From: Lytechinus pictus
Lineage: Eukaryota
NCBI RefSeq assembly: GCF_037042905.1
Contig: NC_087263.1
Location: forward strand, 10,790,001-10,850,000
Length of the DNA: 60,000 nucleotides
Direction: 5' to 3'
In this document: one piece after another, positions 12,572-25,825 of the stretch
Layout: the number at the start of each line of letters is the position of its first letter
Position numbering within the stretch: the stretch's first letter is position 1
Notes under the pieces: generated by a model
The model's input: the letters and a program-made list of their open reading frames with translations, nothing else
What the model was told of the DNA's origin: nothing
The model's database searches: none
Made by a program: the position numbers and the translations under genes

Positions 12572-14409
12572 TATAGTTGGCCCCTGAGTATACAGCCTAT
12601 ATTTTCAGGTGTCTTTTTGATTTATTGCTGTATCACTAAAAAATATTTCTTTTGACCTCATAATTATTTGCAGTATCCAATATTCTCGTTGATTAGGCCG
12701 GAGGGGGCGGTATTTGTCGCCTCCCAAATTGGCCGGAAGCCTAAACTATGGAGCATTCATAATTGCTCGTCAAAGAATTCAATTAAGTGTTAACACCTAA
12801 TTGAACAAGCCCACAGCGATCAATACACATCGCAGTGGTCTCCGATAAATTGCTGTCGGAAATATCGTGATGTCACACGAAAATTCCGGGCATAATTTAG
12901 TTTAAATGCTTAACTTAGGTCTATTTCGGGGTTTCGTTGCATGTATTTCCCCCTTCTTGAGATCTAAGACACTTTTCAAGCATCGTGCATCGGACGAATC
13001 GCGAACAGAGGACTTCCTAGGGCGGGCAAGTCGCGATTTCTTAAAAGGGAAGGGGGGGGGGGGGACGAAACGCCCTCTAAAATGGTTGGCTGTACAAATT
13101 CCAGGGGAGGGTGCCTCCTGGAAAATAACAGTGCCCCACAATTTGCCCCTAGGTGTGATCACAGTGTGGTAACCAGTGTGAAACTACCCCAATAGACCTA
13201 TTCACTGTTATATTTGAGTATTTCTGCAATGTGAAATAACGTGGTCTTTTCACCAGGGTTCCGCACCCATTAGGTATCACGCCAATCTTCGGAGGAATAT
13301 ACACTGTAAAAATAAATTCGTTGAAATTACTCAATAAAATTGTGGCAAAAAATTGCCTTAATTTTTTCAAGTATTTATGAGTTTTGCAGATTTTAGTAAA
13401 ATTTACTTATTTTCTTTGCATCCATTTTACTCAAGAAAATTAAGATACAGTAACTTAATTCAATTAAGTAAATAAATCAAAGTAAAAATATTTGAAAAAA
13501 AATCAAATGGCGGAGTTGACTTTCGTAATTCGAAAGTCCGCTCCCCCATCGTCCCACTTTTAGTGGCATCATTTTCATATTAGACATCTTTTATCCAAAT
13601 ATTAGACTTTGTGCACTGTCACTTACCTGTTCATGTATATAGGTACTGACATTGATATTTATACGCGATCGTTTCATTCTTACAAATAAACATGATGAAA
13701 CAGTGAGAATAATATAAGCATTTTCCGAAAACCTAAAAGAAATCTGAAATTTTTCTGCTAAATGACTATTTAATGTTGCTCTTTCTTTGATTCAACAAAA
13801 GAATAAAATAGTTAGCACACCCAATTTCAAACACAAATAGATATGACAGTTATTAAAAAAAATTGCTCTAATAAATATTCATGCATTATTTCAATTAGGC
13901 GTTAATTGAACATGATTTTATATATATGTAATCATCATCTTTGCCTAATTCAGTTAGATTTATTCAATCGAAGCAAGCTAGCAATACGTAAATTTTCTTA
14001 AATGTATATTGAACCCAAATAAATCAAGTAAATTAAAAGACAGGTTAAAACTACTGAAAAAACCGCAAAAAAATCACAAATTATAAATTCTACTTGTATA
14101 CATTACATAATAACGACTGATTCAGATTTTGGTTACAGAGCGAAAACTTTTTTACAAAAAAACAGATACATAGGGATGGAATTATCATGAACGATATGAA
14201 TTATCAAGCATGAAACTTGGAGGGGGAAAAAGGGGGAGGGAGAGGGTGAGGAGAGGGGCCTGAGAACGATTTTTGAAGAGGGGGGGGGGTCTGTCTTGGA
14301 ATAAAATTCGACGAGCGACACAAATCATTCCAGCATCCCCGCTTCCCATTACCAAGGGTGGGGGGGGGAGAGATACTAGAAAGTGGGATGCACGTTGGAT
14401 GAAAAGAGT

Positions 14410-14413
<4 letters not shown>

Positions 14414-14451
<38 letters not shown>

Positions 14452-14507
14452 GCGAGATACGGAGATGATAGAGAGATGGAGGGAGGGGGAGAGAGGGGGG
14501 GGGGGGT
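14414..14507. repeat. (GA)n microsatellite and poly-G
   Basis: Directly visible. Confidence 0.9.
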
Positions 14508-14726
14508 GAATAATGACCATGATGAGGGTGTTGGCAGAGTGTAACGGGACTACTGCCGTTGACACTTTGTCACGAAATTTCGCCTTTTATACTTCGATCA
14601 ACATTCACCATCATTTCGAGAAGGAGTGATAATGAAAAAGAGCTGGTCACAAAGGTGCAAAAGAATAATATAGTTTATCATTATGGATACGGAATCCCTC
14701 ATATTTTATCCTGTTTTAGACTCATT

Positions 14727-15032
14727 GGCCCGTATTCTGAAGTTTGGTTTAACTTAAATTCTGGTCTAAAGTTGGGGTCTAATATGGATAGTCAATTGTG
14801 ACATGAATCTCTAATATCAGATGTTCAATATATCAGCTCATATCACTCTTAAATCGCTGTCTCGGATGGATAAATAAATATTCAATTACTTTACCATTAG
14901 GGAATCAAGATAAACTACTTTAAACACAAGAAACATAACAAGGTGAACGAGTATTGACTTTTTGGGCTTCCCATAATTTTACCTCACAATTAGACATTCG
15001 TCTCAGTTGAATCCTACTTAGGAATACAGGTC
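14727..15032. mobile_element. PIF/Harbinger-like MITE
   Basis: Degenerate TIRs GGCCCGTATTCTGAAG / CTTAGGAATACAGGTC. Confidence 0.55.
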
Positions 15033-15331
15033 ATTAAGTTCATTTCACATGAAGCACTTTCAATGAACAGATGTAAGAGTTAGTATTTTGGGTCAAAATC
15101 ATCATTACTCATTATAGCAAGTAATTAATACAATTTGTTCATACTAACGTTTAACAGAGAAAGAAAATATAAAGATTAATAAAAGGCATGCGCAAATCCA
15201 GTCAATATTTCTTTTTGTACGAAACATAGACCAAACAAAGATGAAAATTAGACTATTATGATACATCAATAAACGATGAGAATCCGGAAAGCGAACGCAG
15301 ACATTCATGACAAAAGCCATAACATCCACAT

Positions 15332-15473
15332 CAGGGGCCGCGGAACGGTTTTCAAAGTGGGGGGGGGGGGGGGGGGGGGGGGCTGACCATGCAACAAATC
15401 ACAATCATATGGTCATTTTTACGCTTTTGTACACGGTTTTGGAAAAAAAGCCCCACCCGCTTCCGCGGCCCCT
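15332..15473. mobile_element. Short hAT-like MITE
   Basis: TIRs CAGGGGCCGCGGAA / TTCCGCGGCCCCT. Confidence 0.75.
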
Positions 15474-15639
15474 TTACATAATGAATACTATCAATAACTT
15501 TATCAGTGGTAATTAAATGCCATTCCTTTTTTCGAACAAACTACGAAAATAAATAAATTCCAAATCTATTGACCTGGCAACAAACTGGAAACCCCTTTTT
15601 AAATTGTTGGTCACGCAGGTTGATCTCTTCAAATTATAT

Positions 15640-16274
15640 TCCTAATGGAGAGAACCCAGTCTGATCACAGTTTTTTCCACAGTGTGGACTATGTGAAAAT
15701 ATTATTCACATTGTCAAAATGCTTGCATTCAACAGAAGGCACTGTGGACACCTCGACAGTGTGAATGTACACAGCGTATTCCTATGTTCGGCTGTTAGAA
15801 TATGCAAATCTTAAAGACAAAATTTGTGGAAGCGCCGTGGTGTAGCGGTTCCGACTCTCGACTTATAATCAGACGGTCGTGTGTTCGAATCCCACCATGG
15901 CCAAGCGTCCTTTGGCAAGGCGTCAATCCACAATTTGCCACTCTCCACCCAGGTATTATTAAAATGGGTACCCGGTAGGATGCGAAGCCTATGTAGTATG
16001 CCTAGCAATTGAGTCCCCAGGGAGTGAAGAAGGTGCATACATTGTATACGGCCATGCAAGGATCCGATGACCGGGGTAATAATATATCTGTAAAGCGCTT
16101 AGAGACGTCGTTTCGATGTGTTAAGCGCTATATAAATGCGGATTATTATTATCATTATAAATTCACACTGTTGAAATGCTCAAATTAACAGTGTGAAAGT
16201 GATTTCACATTGTGTTCCACACTGTGAACACACTTTGTCACACATTGTGGGACACTGTGCTCTTACCAGTAGGG
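15640..16274 (-). mobile_element. CCCTAC...AGGG MITE (EnSpm/CMC-like), reverse orientation, containing a SINE
   Basis: Right end GTGCTCTTACCAGTAGGG is the reverse complement of the family's left end; MITE sequence resumes on both sides of the SINE. Confidence 0.8.
15828..16158 (+). mobile_element. tRNA-derived SINE, family A, near full length
   Basis: GGAAGCGCCGTGGTGTAGCGGTT (A box), GTTCGAATCCC (B box), core CTCTCCACCCAGGT..AAATGGGTACCCGGTAGG, (ATT)n tail. Confidence 0.92.
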
Positions 16275-19019
16275 ATTAACCTCCCGCAATCCATCCCCTT
16301 GGAATAAAGATACGAATAAATAAAGATTGAAATATGGAAATTTCAATTTTTGGGATTTTTATTCGAAACTATCCATTAAAAAAGTATATCAATGCGCAAT
16401 CCAAATTAAACAGTGATTTTGTAATGCAAGTCGGTTCAGATGAATAAAAATTGAATTCGGCAAATGCAATCTGTATTTCGTCCGGGATAATACTAGGATA
16501 ATAGCCGAAAACAAATCAAACATAAACTATATCAAGCCTGCGGCATGCCATTTGTGAGAGATCATATTGATAACAATTTCGTTATGGAAACAAATCGGAT
16601 CCAATTCAATTCATTTATGTTCAAATGAATTCAAATCCTTTCGATATGATTCGTTCATTAAGCGGATTGAAACGTTAAATCCTTAGTTGTTGGGTAATCC
16701 TAGGAAACATAATTTTGCCCCAACTTAATTTATTGCCACAATGAGTGGAGGAGGGGATCTGATTAATATATAGGTCGACATTCCTTTCTCTTACAGCCCC
16801 CAAAGCCTTCCAAAACAAAGCTTATTAGTGATTGTATGAAATATTTTATAAGTAGCTTGAGTATGATATCCGTGAAGTCCGTACGTTTCAGATAATCTTC
16901 TGTTTTTTTTTTCTAGAAATCATTTTACTAGAAACGAATATGAATAAAACATAACATCATTTTTAATCATGACAATGGAAGTTTGAATTGCAGACAATGT
17001 CTGGTTTTCATATTTACAAAGCAAAACACAGACATGGACAGAAAGCAAAATTCCACTCAGCATGCATGCTAATATACTAATATTCCCAAAGATTTTCAAG
17101 AAAATAATGCCTTCTAAGTTTATGAATGGAATAGCGAATGAGCATTCAATCATGCTTGGAAAAGAAATGTTGAAATACATTTCAATTTATAAAAAAATAA
17201 CACATTGGAGTAACAATGGTGATCGGCAATAGCGGCATGAAAAGAGACCAAATTTGTGAAATTTCCCTTAAATTTCCGTTAATGATGATTCCTTAAATTC
17301 GAGAAAATCTTTTACTCTAAGATTTGGAAAACAATTATGCAGAAACTTAAAGACAAATAAAATCTGATCTGAACACCAAAATATGATTTCACATTTCATT
17401 ATGTCCTTGCACATGATGGCCTCCATATACAATAAACTTAAGGATCCCTAAGAAGTACATCATTTGTGAAAAAGAGGAGATGAGATGTCGCAGATCCCCG
17501 CGGGGCATTATGGGTAAGAGGGAGTAATTTTCTCTGAGTGCAGCAATACTGATCTCAATTTTCTTAAAGGTGAGAGGAAAAGAAACCCCGCCGAATGGAG
17601 CTTGCTCAAGAAATTGAAGAAAATGGGTCATCGACCTTTCCGCCTTCTCCAGTAAAAGATAAAAGCCATGCTTTTACCAATAATCATAATCAAATAAAAT
17701 TTAAGTAGTATAGTGCTCGGATGATTACTTAGTACTTTCGTTGCTTTATCCAAGACTTAGTTTATCTTAATAAGAAGGGTATATACTTTAAATTCCATGC
17801 TTCTTTTTCGAATACGTAACTACAATCGGACTCTGAAGGAAAAAAAAAAATAGGACAAATATTTGGACAGATCTTCGGATTTATTCTATTTTCATTTTAT
17901 TTTGTCTTTATTTCTAAGTAATTTAATTTATTTGTTTATTATACATGTATTATCGAATATTATCTACTACATTAAGTTATTCATTATTTGATATTCAGCT
18001 ATTTATTAGAATATCGTTATGCAGCGTAGCATGTTCAGATTGACTGTTTTTCGGCATGATCAAGTTAACAAAAGAAGTTAACGGGATCATACCCGTTAAG
18101 TAACAAAAATAGTTACATAAAAGAGAGAATAATAATTTATGCATTACAAGTTAAATAAATAGGACACACCAAAATCAGAAAATTATGTAAAACCAAATTC
18201 AAAATAACATACTGAAATGTAAAAAAACAAATTAGTGGAATAAGGAAAGTTAAGCGTAGAATATTGGACAACAAAATCACAGTAAAATCATGGATACATA
18301 AATGAAGTAGTTTGTTTTCCCTTGTCATATGAAATAATTACACTGAATTTTTAATGGGGGTCAAATGAGAATAGTTAAACAAAGAATGCTGTAAAAAAAT
18401 AAAATCGAAATTGAGTATGAGATATTGATTAAATTCACTGAATTCGAGTAGAAAATCAATAAAATTCGGTGTTATTATAGGGACGAAGTATTGGGAACTT
18501 AATTGCATGAGGTATGATATAACATATTGGATTACCAAATTATTAATACAAATAAGGAAGAACAATAGAACACAATGGAAGTACCAATCATGTTTATTAA
18601 TCTATTAACAAACTACTCATAGGTTAATAAATTTAGTAATTATTTCATTTATTTGTCCAATAATTTGTCTGACTATCTAATTATTGATTTACCTATTTAT
18701 AGTATCATTTTTTTCGATACATTTTTTTCATTGTTCTATCTAAATATATTCACGATAGTCCCATCTTTTTTAGTTATTTGAAAATTGTATCGACCCCTCT
18801 CTCAAAAAATAATTTTTTCAGTTTTCTTAATCAATGTATTAACTATCCTCTAGATAGTGTCTGAATTAATTCATATTCAATAATTAAGCGGCAAAATGAA
18901 TATAATTTGAAAGTTGGCAAAAACAGAAACTATTTTTTTTATGTAAAAATATTAATTAATAACGTCTTAAAAATACACTAACTTCATTCTTTATGTTTTT
19001 GGTATGTATCTTTGTTTCT

Positions 19020-20480
19020 TTTTCAATTCAATTCACATATTTCCATATTCAAATTTAACAATATAAAAAACATGATAGAAAATACAAACAAAGGCTGATT
19101 AAAGATGCCAAAAAATTACAAGAAGAAATAATATAAAAAAACACTAAAAAATACCCCCAAAATAACAACAAGCGAATAAACAAAACCTGAATGTGGAGGG
19201 ATTGCCAAAAGCCAAAGATGCTCAATAAGGGCAATTCCAGAATAAGGTTATTAGCACATTGAAAATATGTTATATTTAGATTTTATTCATTTCCGTTCAA
19301 CAACAAAAAATAATACAATCGAAGTAGCGGTACATACTCAAAATAACACAGAAATTTCAATGATATTACATGAAAAAATATTAAGACAAATTAAACAGGA
19401 AGTAAAGTGAGCCGCAATTATTTTGGATATAAAGATTAAATGGAACAGAGCAGAAGAACTTGCCAAGAAAAAGGAAAGCTTGTATGAAAGGCAAGTCCCT
19501 AAACTTGCTTTCAACAGCTGATTAACAAAAAATATATAGAATAATGAGATGGACGGAAGACGATCTTAGAACAAGTAATCTACAAAATATCAAAGTAAAG
19601 CGACTACAACATTAAGAGAAGGTGATTTAGATAATAATTACAATGATAACAACAATTATAACAATATTTTTTAATGTAGAAAAATATAATTATGACATCA
19701 TAATTAGGGGGAAAAGGAGGCAAAGGAAATAAGGAGGGAGAGGAGGGTGGTGCAAGTATAACTGAAAGTGAAAAGAGGAACATGGCAGTTGCACAGGTCG
19801 TTAAGAATTGTAGTATCATTATTCAGAATATCGGGGGAAAACTATTGATAGTTAAAGGTTAAATTTCAATACTCTTAGCTTTTGGTATTATAATCTTAGC
19901 TTGAATTGTTGATGTGAAGTATTGACAAATGAGCATCTTTTAAGTTTGCGTTCGAAAACAGTAATGTTTGGAGATTCTTCAAAGTCGTTTGGCAGGGAAT
20001 TCCAAATAATACTGGTCCAAGAAAAGACAAAGGAGTTTTTTGCTGATGTAGTACGGGTTGGGGGAAGGTGATAACCGTTACGTTATTATGAGAGACAGAC
20101 AGACAGACAAAAAGGGGAGTGGAGAGTGGAGAATGGAGAATGGAAAGAAAGTGTAAGAGAGAGAGAGAGGCGGGAAATAAGGATAAGATGACAATAGAAA
20201 AAAAAAAGGTTGGAGGGAAAACAAGCTATGTGTATCAAAAATATACACGCAGTATTTAAGCCTTGTATATAAGTTTGAATGCTAACGACGAAGGAAATGA
20301 TTTAAGTTCATCTGCAATATTATTCCAGCATGTTGATCTAATGAAAGCAATGATATATTTTGAGAAATTGTATTGAGAAAATGTATTGCACTATCCCTTA
20401 GTAAAAACGTCATTAGAACTTATTGGCAGGATGTAATAAGAGTTGATAAATATGGCAACTTGTAATTGATTAATAAAAAA
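19020..20480 (-). mobile_element. Decayed 3' ends of CR1/L2-group LINEs
   Basis: Reverse strand encodes YHLPPTRTTSAKNSFVF and WNSLPNDFEESPNITVFERKLK (~19930-20085) and INQLQVAIF (~20440-20475), plus 3' UTR-like tails; split by a purine-rich insert. Confidence 0.7.
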
Positions 20481-21303
20481 ACAGAGAAATAGTTAAAATA
20501 TTTATCTCATTGACGATAACGTGATAAAAAGTAACTTAGACAAAATTCCAAAACTAAAACAATTCAAAACAAAACAAAACAAAACCATGTTACTTTAACG
20601 GAAATGCAAGCTTCAATTTCATTTAATTGTATCCGATTCGTAGGTAGAAACCAACTTGAGCTCACAAATGCTCGAAAAAAATACTGAGGAATTCAGCTAC
20701 AGATTGAATTAAAAACCTGTACATTTCCAAATATTAGATAAAAAGGGAAATAATATGAGAACAAGCAGAAGGATGGATGGAAGGATGTGTCTAGAAATAT
20801 ATTAATGCAAACATACGCGGAAATATATTGAGGAATCCAGTTTGAGATTGAATTTAAGAATTGTAGAAAATTCAAATATTAGATACAAATGTAATAATAC
20901 AGGGAAAATAAAGAGAATGCAGAACAACAACAGCAGCAACAAGAACAAAACAGAGAATTACAAGAGAGACAGAAAGAGACACAGCAGAGGGGGAAGAAAG
21001 CGTAAAAATAATAAAGTCAGAGAGGAGAGAGAAGGACAGGAATACATATAAGAGAGTGAGGAGATAGAAAGCAATGGAGACAGATAGATACATGGGTAAG
21101 CTAAGTGAGAGAGAGGGGAGAGAGCACCCCGCAGTGACCCTAAAATACACACAATACCTATTGTGGCCGCGTCTCCGTCAGATGTGAATAGAGTTAACGC
21201 TACGTGGCGCCTTTGATCGCATTCATCAATCACGTGACCTCGATTTAACCCGCATCCGCTCATGGTATTCCGCGCCGCTGCCGCCAAATATAGCAAGAAA
21301 CCC

Positions 21304-21807
21304 GGGTCCCCTCTCACAAAGAGTTGAGACTGATCCGATCAACCTCAACTATAAGGGAATCCATGTATGTCATTATTTTCCCTACGGGGAATTTGCAAAG
21401 TGTTTTTTTTTTGTAAACAAAGAGGAGCACACTGAAATGACTGAATTGTCATGGCAATTATACACTGCAAAAACTCCGGTGTTGATTTAACACTAGCCTG
21501 GAATCTATATATGTCCACACCAGAGAAGTGTTAAACAAAAACAGTTTGGTTTTGGTAACACCAGATAGGTCTTTATACAACACCAATTAGTATTAAAACA
21601 GCATCGGTTTGATTCCAAACTGGTGTTGTTTCAATGCTTCTCTGGTGTGGACATATATAGATTCCGGTCTGGTGTTAAATCAACACTGGAGTTTTTGCAG
21701 TGTACATCATATCTCGGAAACATTTTGAACAAATTTTAGATGTTCGCGTTGCCTCATCTCCCTAATTGCTGATGGAATCGATGGCAACTCTTTGTTAGAC
21801 GAGGCCC
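21304..21807. mobile_element. PIF/Harbinger-like MITE hosting a nested palindromic MITE
   Basis: TIRs GGGTCCCCTCTCACAAAGAGTTG / CAACTCTTTGTTAGACGAGGCCC. Confidence 0.75.
21463..21702. mobile_element. Near-perfect palindromic MITE with CACTG termini (EnSpm/CMC-like)
   Basis: TA|CACTGCAAAAACTCCGGTGTTGATTTAACAC ... GTGTTAAATCAACACTGGAGTTTTTGCAGTG|TA; arms of about 75 bp or more. Confidence 0.92.
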
Positions 21808-22114
21808 AGGGATAGGTTCTGGTTTTCACATTGTGGCACGCACATGGCGTTTGAATCGGTCAATTCACTGAGATAGCTATTACGATACAGTGAAAGTATT
21901 CTCCTTGTACTCGAGGTAGGTTTCGTGTCTTCGCAAACAGAACGTCATTAAAGGTCACCTGTGGGAATGGTGGATTTCTATGAGGGAGACTTTTAGACCT
22001 GTAAAAGATCAAATAAAAATATTTCTTTCAAGCAAAAAAAAAAGGAAGAAAAAATGCTCGGATAAAAATAATATGTCACGAACAATTATGTTGTCATCAA
22101 GTTGAAGAAGTATT

Positions 22115-22299
22115 CACTGAAAATTGAAATGTTAAATCACCAGTTGAAAGGTTGGAAGAGTGACAACCTTTTGCAAAGGTTATATCTAACCTAAATCTAA
22201 AAAAATGTTGGATCGAACCTTTTAAAGAAGTAAAGGTAACATTTGGAAAATGTTATCACTCATTCAATCGCCCATTTAACATTTCACTTTGTAGCGTGT
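22115..22299. mobile_element. Degenerate palindromic MITE (CAC-terminus type)
   Basis: GAAATGTTAAAT ... ATTTAACATTTC inverted pair, and GAGTGACAAC / GTTATCACTC. Confidence 0.5.
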
Positions 22300-23170
22300 A
22301 AATACCAATCATAAACGAATACAAGTTAAGAGTGAAATGTCACCGTTTGCATGCACAACTAATTTAATCGAATTATCATTGCAAGTTGAACCTTTAATAC
22401 CACATTCTGCGTCACTGTCTAAAGGTAGATTTGATGGTTTTGGGGTTCGATGCTGATTCATTTCGTGTAAAATAAATACAAAACCCTGTGATTTGCAGAA
22501 GATATAAAAAAATATTATTCTGAATAATGGTGAATACGTCTTTCCTCACAATCAATCTAGCTACGGGTTTTCAATGTTAAAAATTGAAATCGATGATATT
22601 ACCTCAACTCGACTAGAATTGATATAAAATCCATACATGTTTTCCCTGTATCCCCTGTAGAAAATCCGTGTGCGTCATAGAAAGTTGTAAAAAGGTTCAG
22701 ACGGGTCTCAAGTTTCTATCAATGTCTTTTTATACTTAAACTCAATATAATTTTATTATGAATAACAATTATTGCGAATAGGTTTTTAATGTTCAAGGTG
22801 CCTTAAACAGAAGCTTAATGAATGGGAAACCAAATGCACCATACATAAAAAACATAACAGTTTGACAATATACAAATACAAAAACAATGCATGAAAAAAA
22901 AACACTGATCCAACATGGAAGGGGGGGGGGGGTGGTCTGGAAAAATAGTGTGAACATGAATTATGATATTATTGGCATACGTAGTTATCAACAAATGAAC
23001 ATTTGAGTTTGGTTGGTTTTAAATGCAGAAACTGTGGTCGGGAAAATAAAATTGGAATATCACTGCCAATTTCATGAATTGAGTAGAATGGTATTTTAAC
23101 ATTACAAAGTTCCAAAAATACAAATGGCAAAAAATTATTTGAAAAGAGAGTTTAACACTTTGCTTTCCAT

Positions 23171-23358
23171 GTAAGTAAGTAAGTAAGTAAGTAAGTTAGT
23201 AAGTAATTAAGTAAGTATAATTAGGTAAGTAAGTAAGTAAGTTAGTAATTAGGTAAGTATCTAAGCAAGCAAGTAAGTAAGTAAGTAATTAGGTAAGTAA
23301 GTTAGTAAGTAATTAGGTAAGTAAGTAAGTGTGTGTGTGAGGGCGTTTGTGTGTGTGT
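23171..23358. repeat. (GTAA)n microsatellite followed by (GT)n
   Basis: Directly visible. Confidence 0.95.
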
Positions 23359-24136
23359 GATGGCGGACTATACCCCTCCCCATGACTTGAATGAATCAAA
23401 GTTCAGCATCCCTGTGTATTTTCAGTAGTGTTGTCCATCACTTCCGTGGAAATTATATACAATTATCTCTTTAAAGCAGAATTCAGAAATTTATTTTTTT
23501 GTCTAAATTTCAATTCATTCGCAAAACTTCACGAGTCCCTTTGACGTGCACGGGAGTGTCAATAAACAGATAAATGTCAGTTGTAATCGTTCCTATCTCA
23601 CAGATCTGTCTATGTTTCAATATAATGGTTTGTGATTTAAAACCTTTTCACTTAGAGTGTGAGGGTCATCATGATCCAGAGATTTGTAAATGATTACTTG
23701 AAAATGTGATCGAGAGCTGCGTCACGATTTACGATATTCCACTAAATCCGCATGTCACGCAACAGTACCAGTAACACGCTGTCGTGGAAATCTCTACCGT
23801 GTTATTTTTACCTCCCTGCTTTCTTGATGTTATCAAAAGCATTTGCTTCGAAAGGCAATACATAAATCATTGGAAAGGGCATGTATATGATTTTATATAT
23901 GATTATTGTTTTTATTAATATCTACGTTTATCAAGTTTATTTTATATATTTTTTTATAATTATTGTCGTCGGTATCATGACCATGATTAATTTTAACATC
24001 ATTGTGAAAATTAAACATAGGACTAGTCGTGATATCTTATGTATATATACAAACACACTCATTGTTTTAGCTCCATTTGGGCATCCCATCTTCTCCTCTC
24101 CGGAAGATGACTAACAGAGCTTACCTCTAAAAAGGG

Positions 24137-24496
24137 CATGGCCCTTAGAAACGGGGTGCTGGGGGTGCTGAAATACCCCCCCCCAAAAAAAAAAAAAAAA
24201 AATAAATAAATAAAAAATAAAAAATAAAAAATCCTTCGGGATGCGTGTATTATTCTCCATAGGCAGCACCCACCCCAAAGGTATTCTGGAAGATGTGTAC
24301 AAATGAAAAAGAGTGTTATCTAAATGACCTTAATATTGTAGTGAAACCCTCCCCCCCCCCCATTATTATTTTTTTTGCTTTTCAAATACTCTAGACCAAT
24401 TTGTTCTGCATTTTGTTGTGAAAACTTTTTTCGTCTTCTTTTTTCTTTTTAAATGTACATCAGCATCCCCTGCCAAAAATCGATCCCAGGGCCATG
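24137..24496. mobile_element. hAT-like MITE
   Basis: CATGGCCCT...AGGGCCATG flanked by an exact 8-bp TSD AAAAAGGG. Confidence 0.9.
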
Positions 24497-25825
24497 AAAA
24501 AGGGGGAGCAAACTTGCCATCAAATTGCATGGTCTCTCATTGGCTGTGTGCGGCAGATAACTAGTCTAAAAATTATACATTTTTAGATAACCATAAGTAA
24601 TACAGAGAATGAAGTCGTTGCCTTATAATCCATTCATACAAAGAGACTATTACTGTATGTTTTTTGGAGGAACTTACTTGTTTTTGCTACGTGGTAAGTT
24701 AGTGCGTTATGGATGTAATGAGTGGTGGATTAGTGTGTTATAATTCAAGTGGGCGAATATTAAAGGACTTCACAGCTCAGAATGTTGCATTGTGCCTGAC
24801 CACATATGCGTTGTTTAGGACTTGAGGTGGCGCTATATAGTTAGGCTGTTGGTTCGTTGCAGCTTTAATAACTATTTGGGTTAAGTCACACTTCCCAGCT
24901 GTTTCTCGTATATGTTGTTTTCCCTGTTAATACTTTATGCTTAATATTTTTATTTTTAATGTTTTATTCATCTTTCATGCCCCCCCTGACTGTGACGCCA
25001 TCCCTGACTGTTGGTGGGGGACTTGTGAGGGAGGGGGAGGGGGTGGGGGGGGGGGCAACTCTCCATAGCTCCTATATACGTCACGGCAGGTGGTAATGAC
25101 ATCACAATATAATTTGTTATTGTGGTTTTGTTTTATCAATCATCTCTGTTCCATCATCACGCTTTATGTTCTCGAACGATGGCAACACCGTAGATGAGCG
25201 GGATAATTATATTTCTAATGCGATGGGCATTTCATGTTGCCAGAAACCGAGTTGAGACGTGGAGACGCGTCGTTCTTATAAAGTATTTAAAACGTCATTA
25301 TAATTAAAGAGATCATAATGTTAGAGGAGAGCAATTAAGAGGGTTTGCTACATTAGAACGAGGGTAGCGTCATCGAAAGACGCCTGTGTTTACAACTGTT
25401 TGACAGATATCATGCCTAATATCACGTCACGTTTTTGTATAAAAGAAAAGAGAAAATGGTGAAAGTGGAAAAGGAGGGGGCGGGGGGGGGGGGGGGTAGG
25501 TGGGATGAATAATATTTGTGGAATCAACACTCGATGAGAACGAATAAAGAAAATGAAAGTGAGTAGGCCTATAAAATAATCAACGTTCTTGCATGAAACT
25601 CGAGGTGAGGCGATGTAACTCTCCGTTATTTTAATATCATATCAAGTTAAGACTAATCTTATGCCCCAGTCACATTGACGAACCGACCCCGGAACAACCA
25701 AAGCTGGAACGTTACATCATATGCCAAACCATCGGTCGGTTTGGAGTCAGTTTCGTTGGTATGACTGTCATGACTGTAGCGTCATCATAATACAAATGTA
25801 TTCATATAGTAAGGTAGTATGATAT

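Noticed and set aside
15828..15905. tRNA-like sequence (also at ~730-803, 2670-2742 and 56221-56293)
   Set aside because: A/B boxes run straight into shared SINE bodies and tails, with no clean acceptor stem or poly-T terminator; SINE heads, not tRNA genes
17389..17631. 80-aa minus-strand ORF in unique-looking sequence
   Set aside because: No recognisable domain and no convincing pair of splice sites
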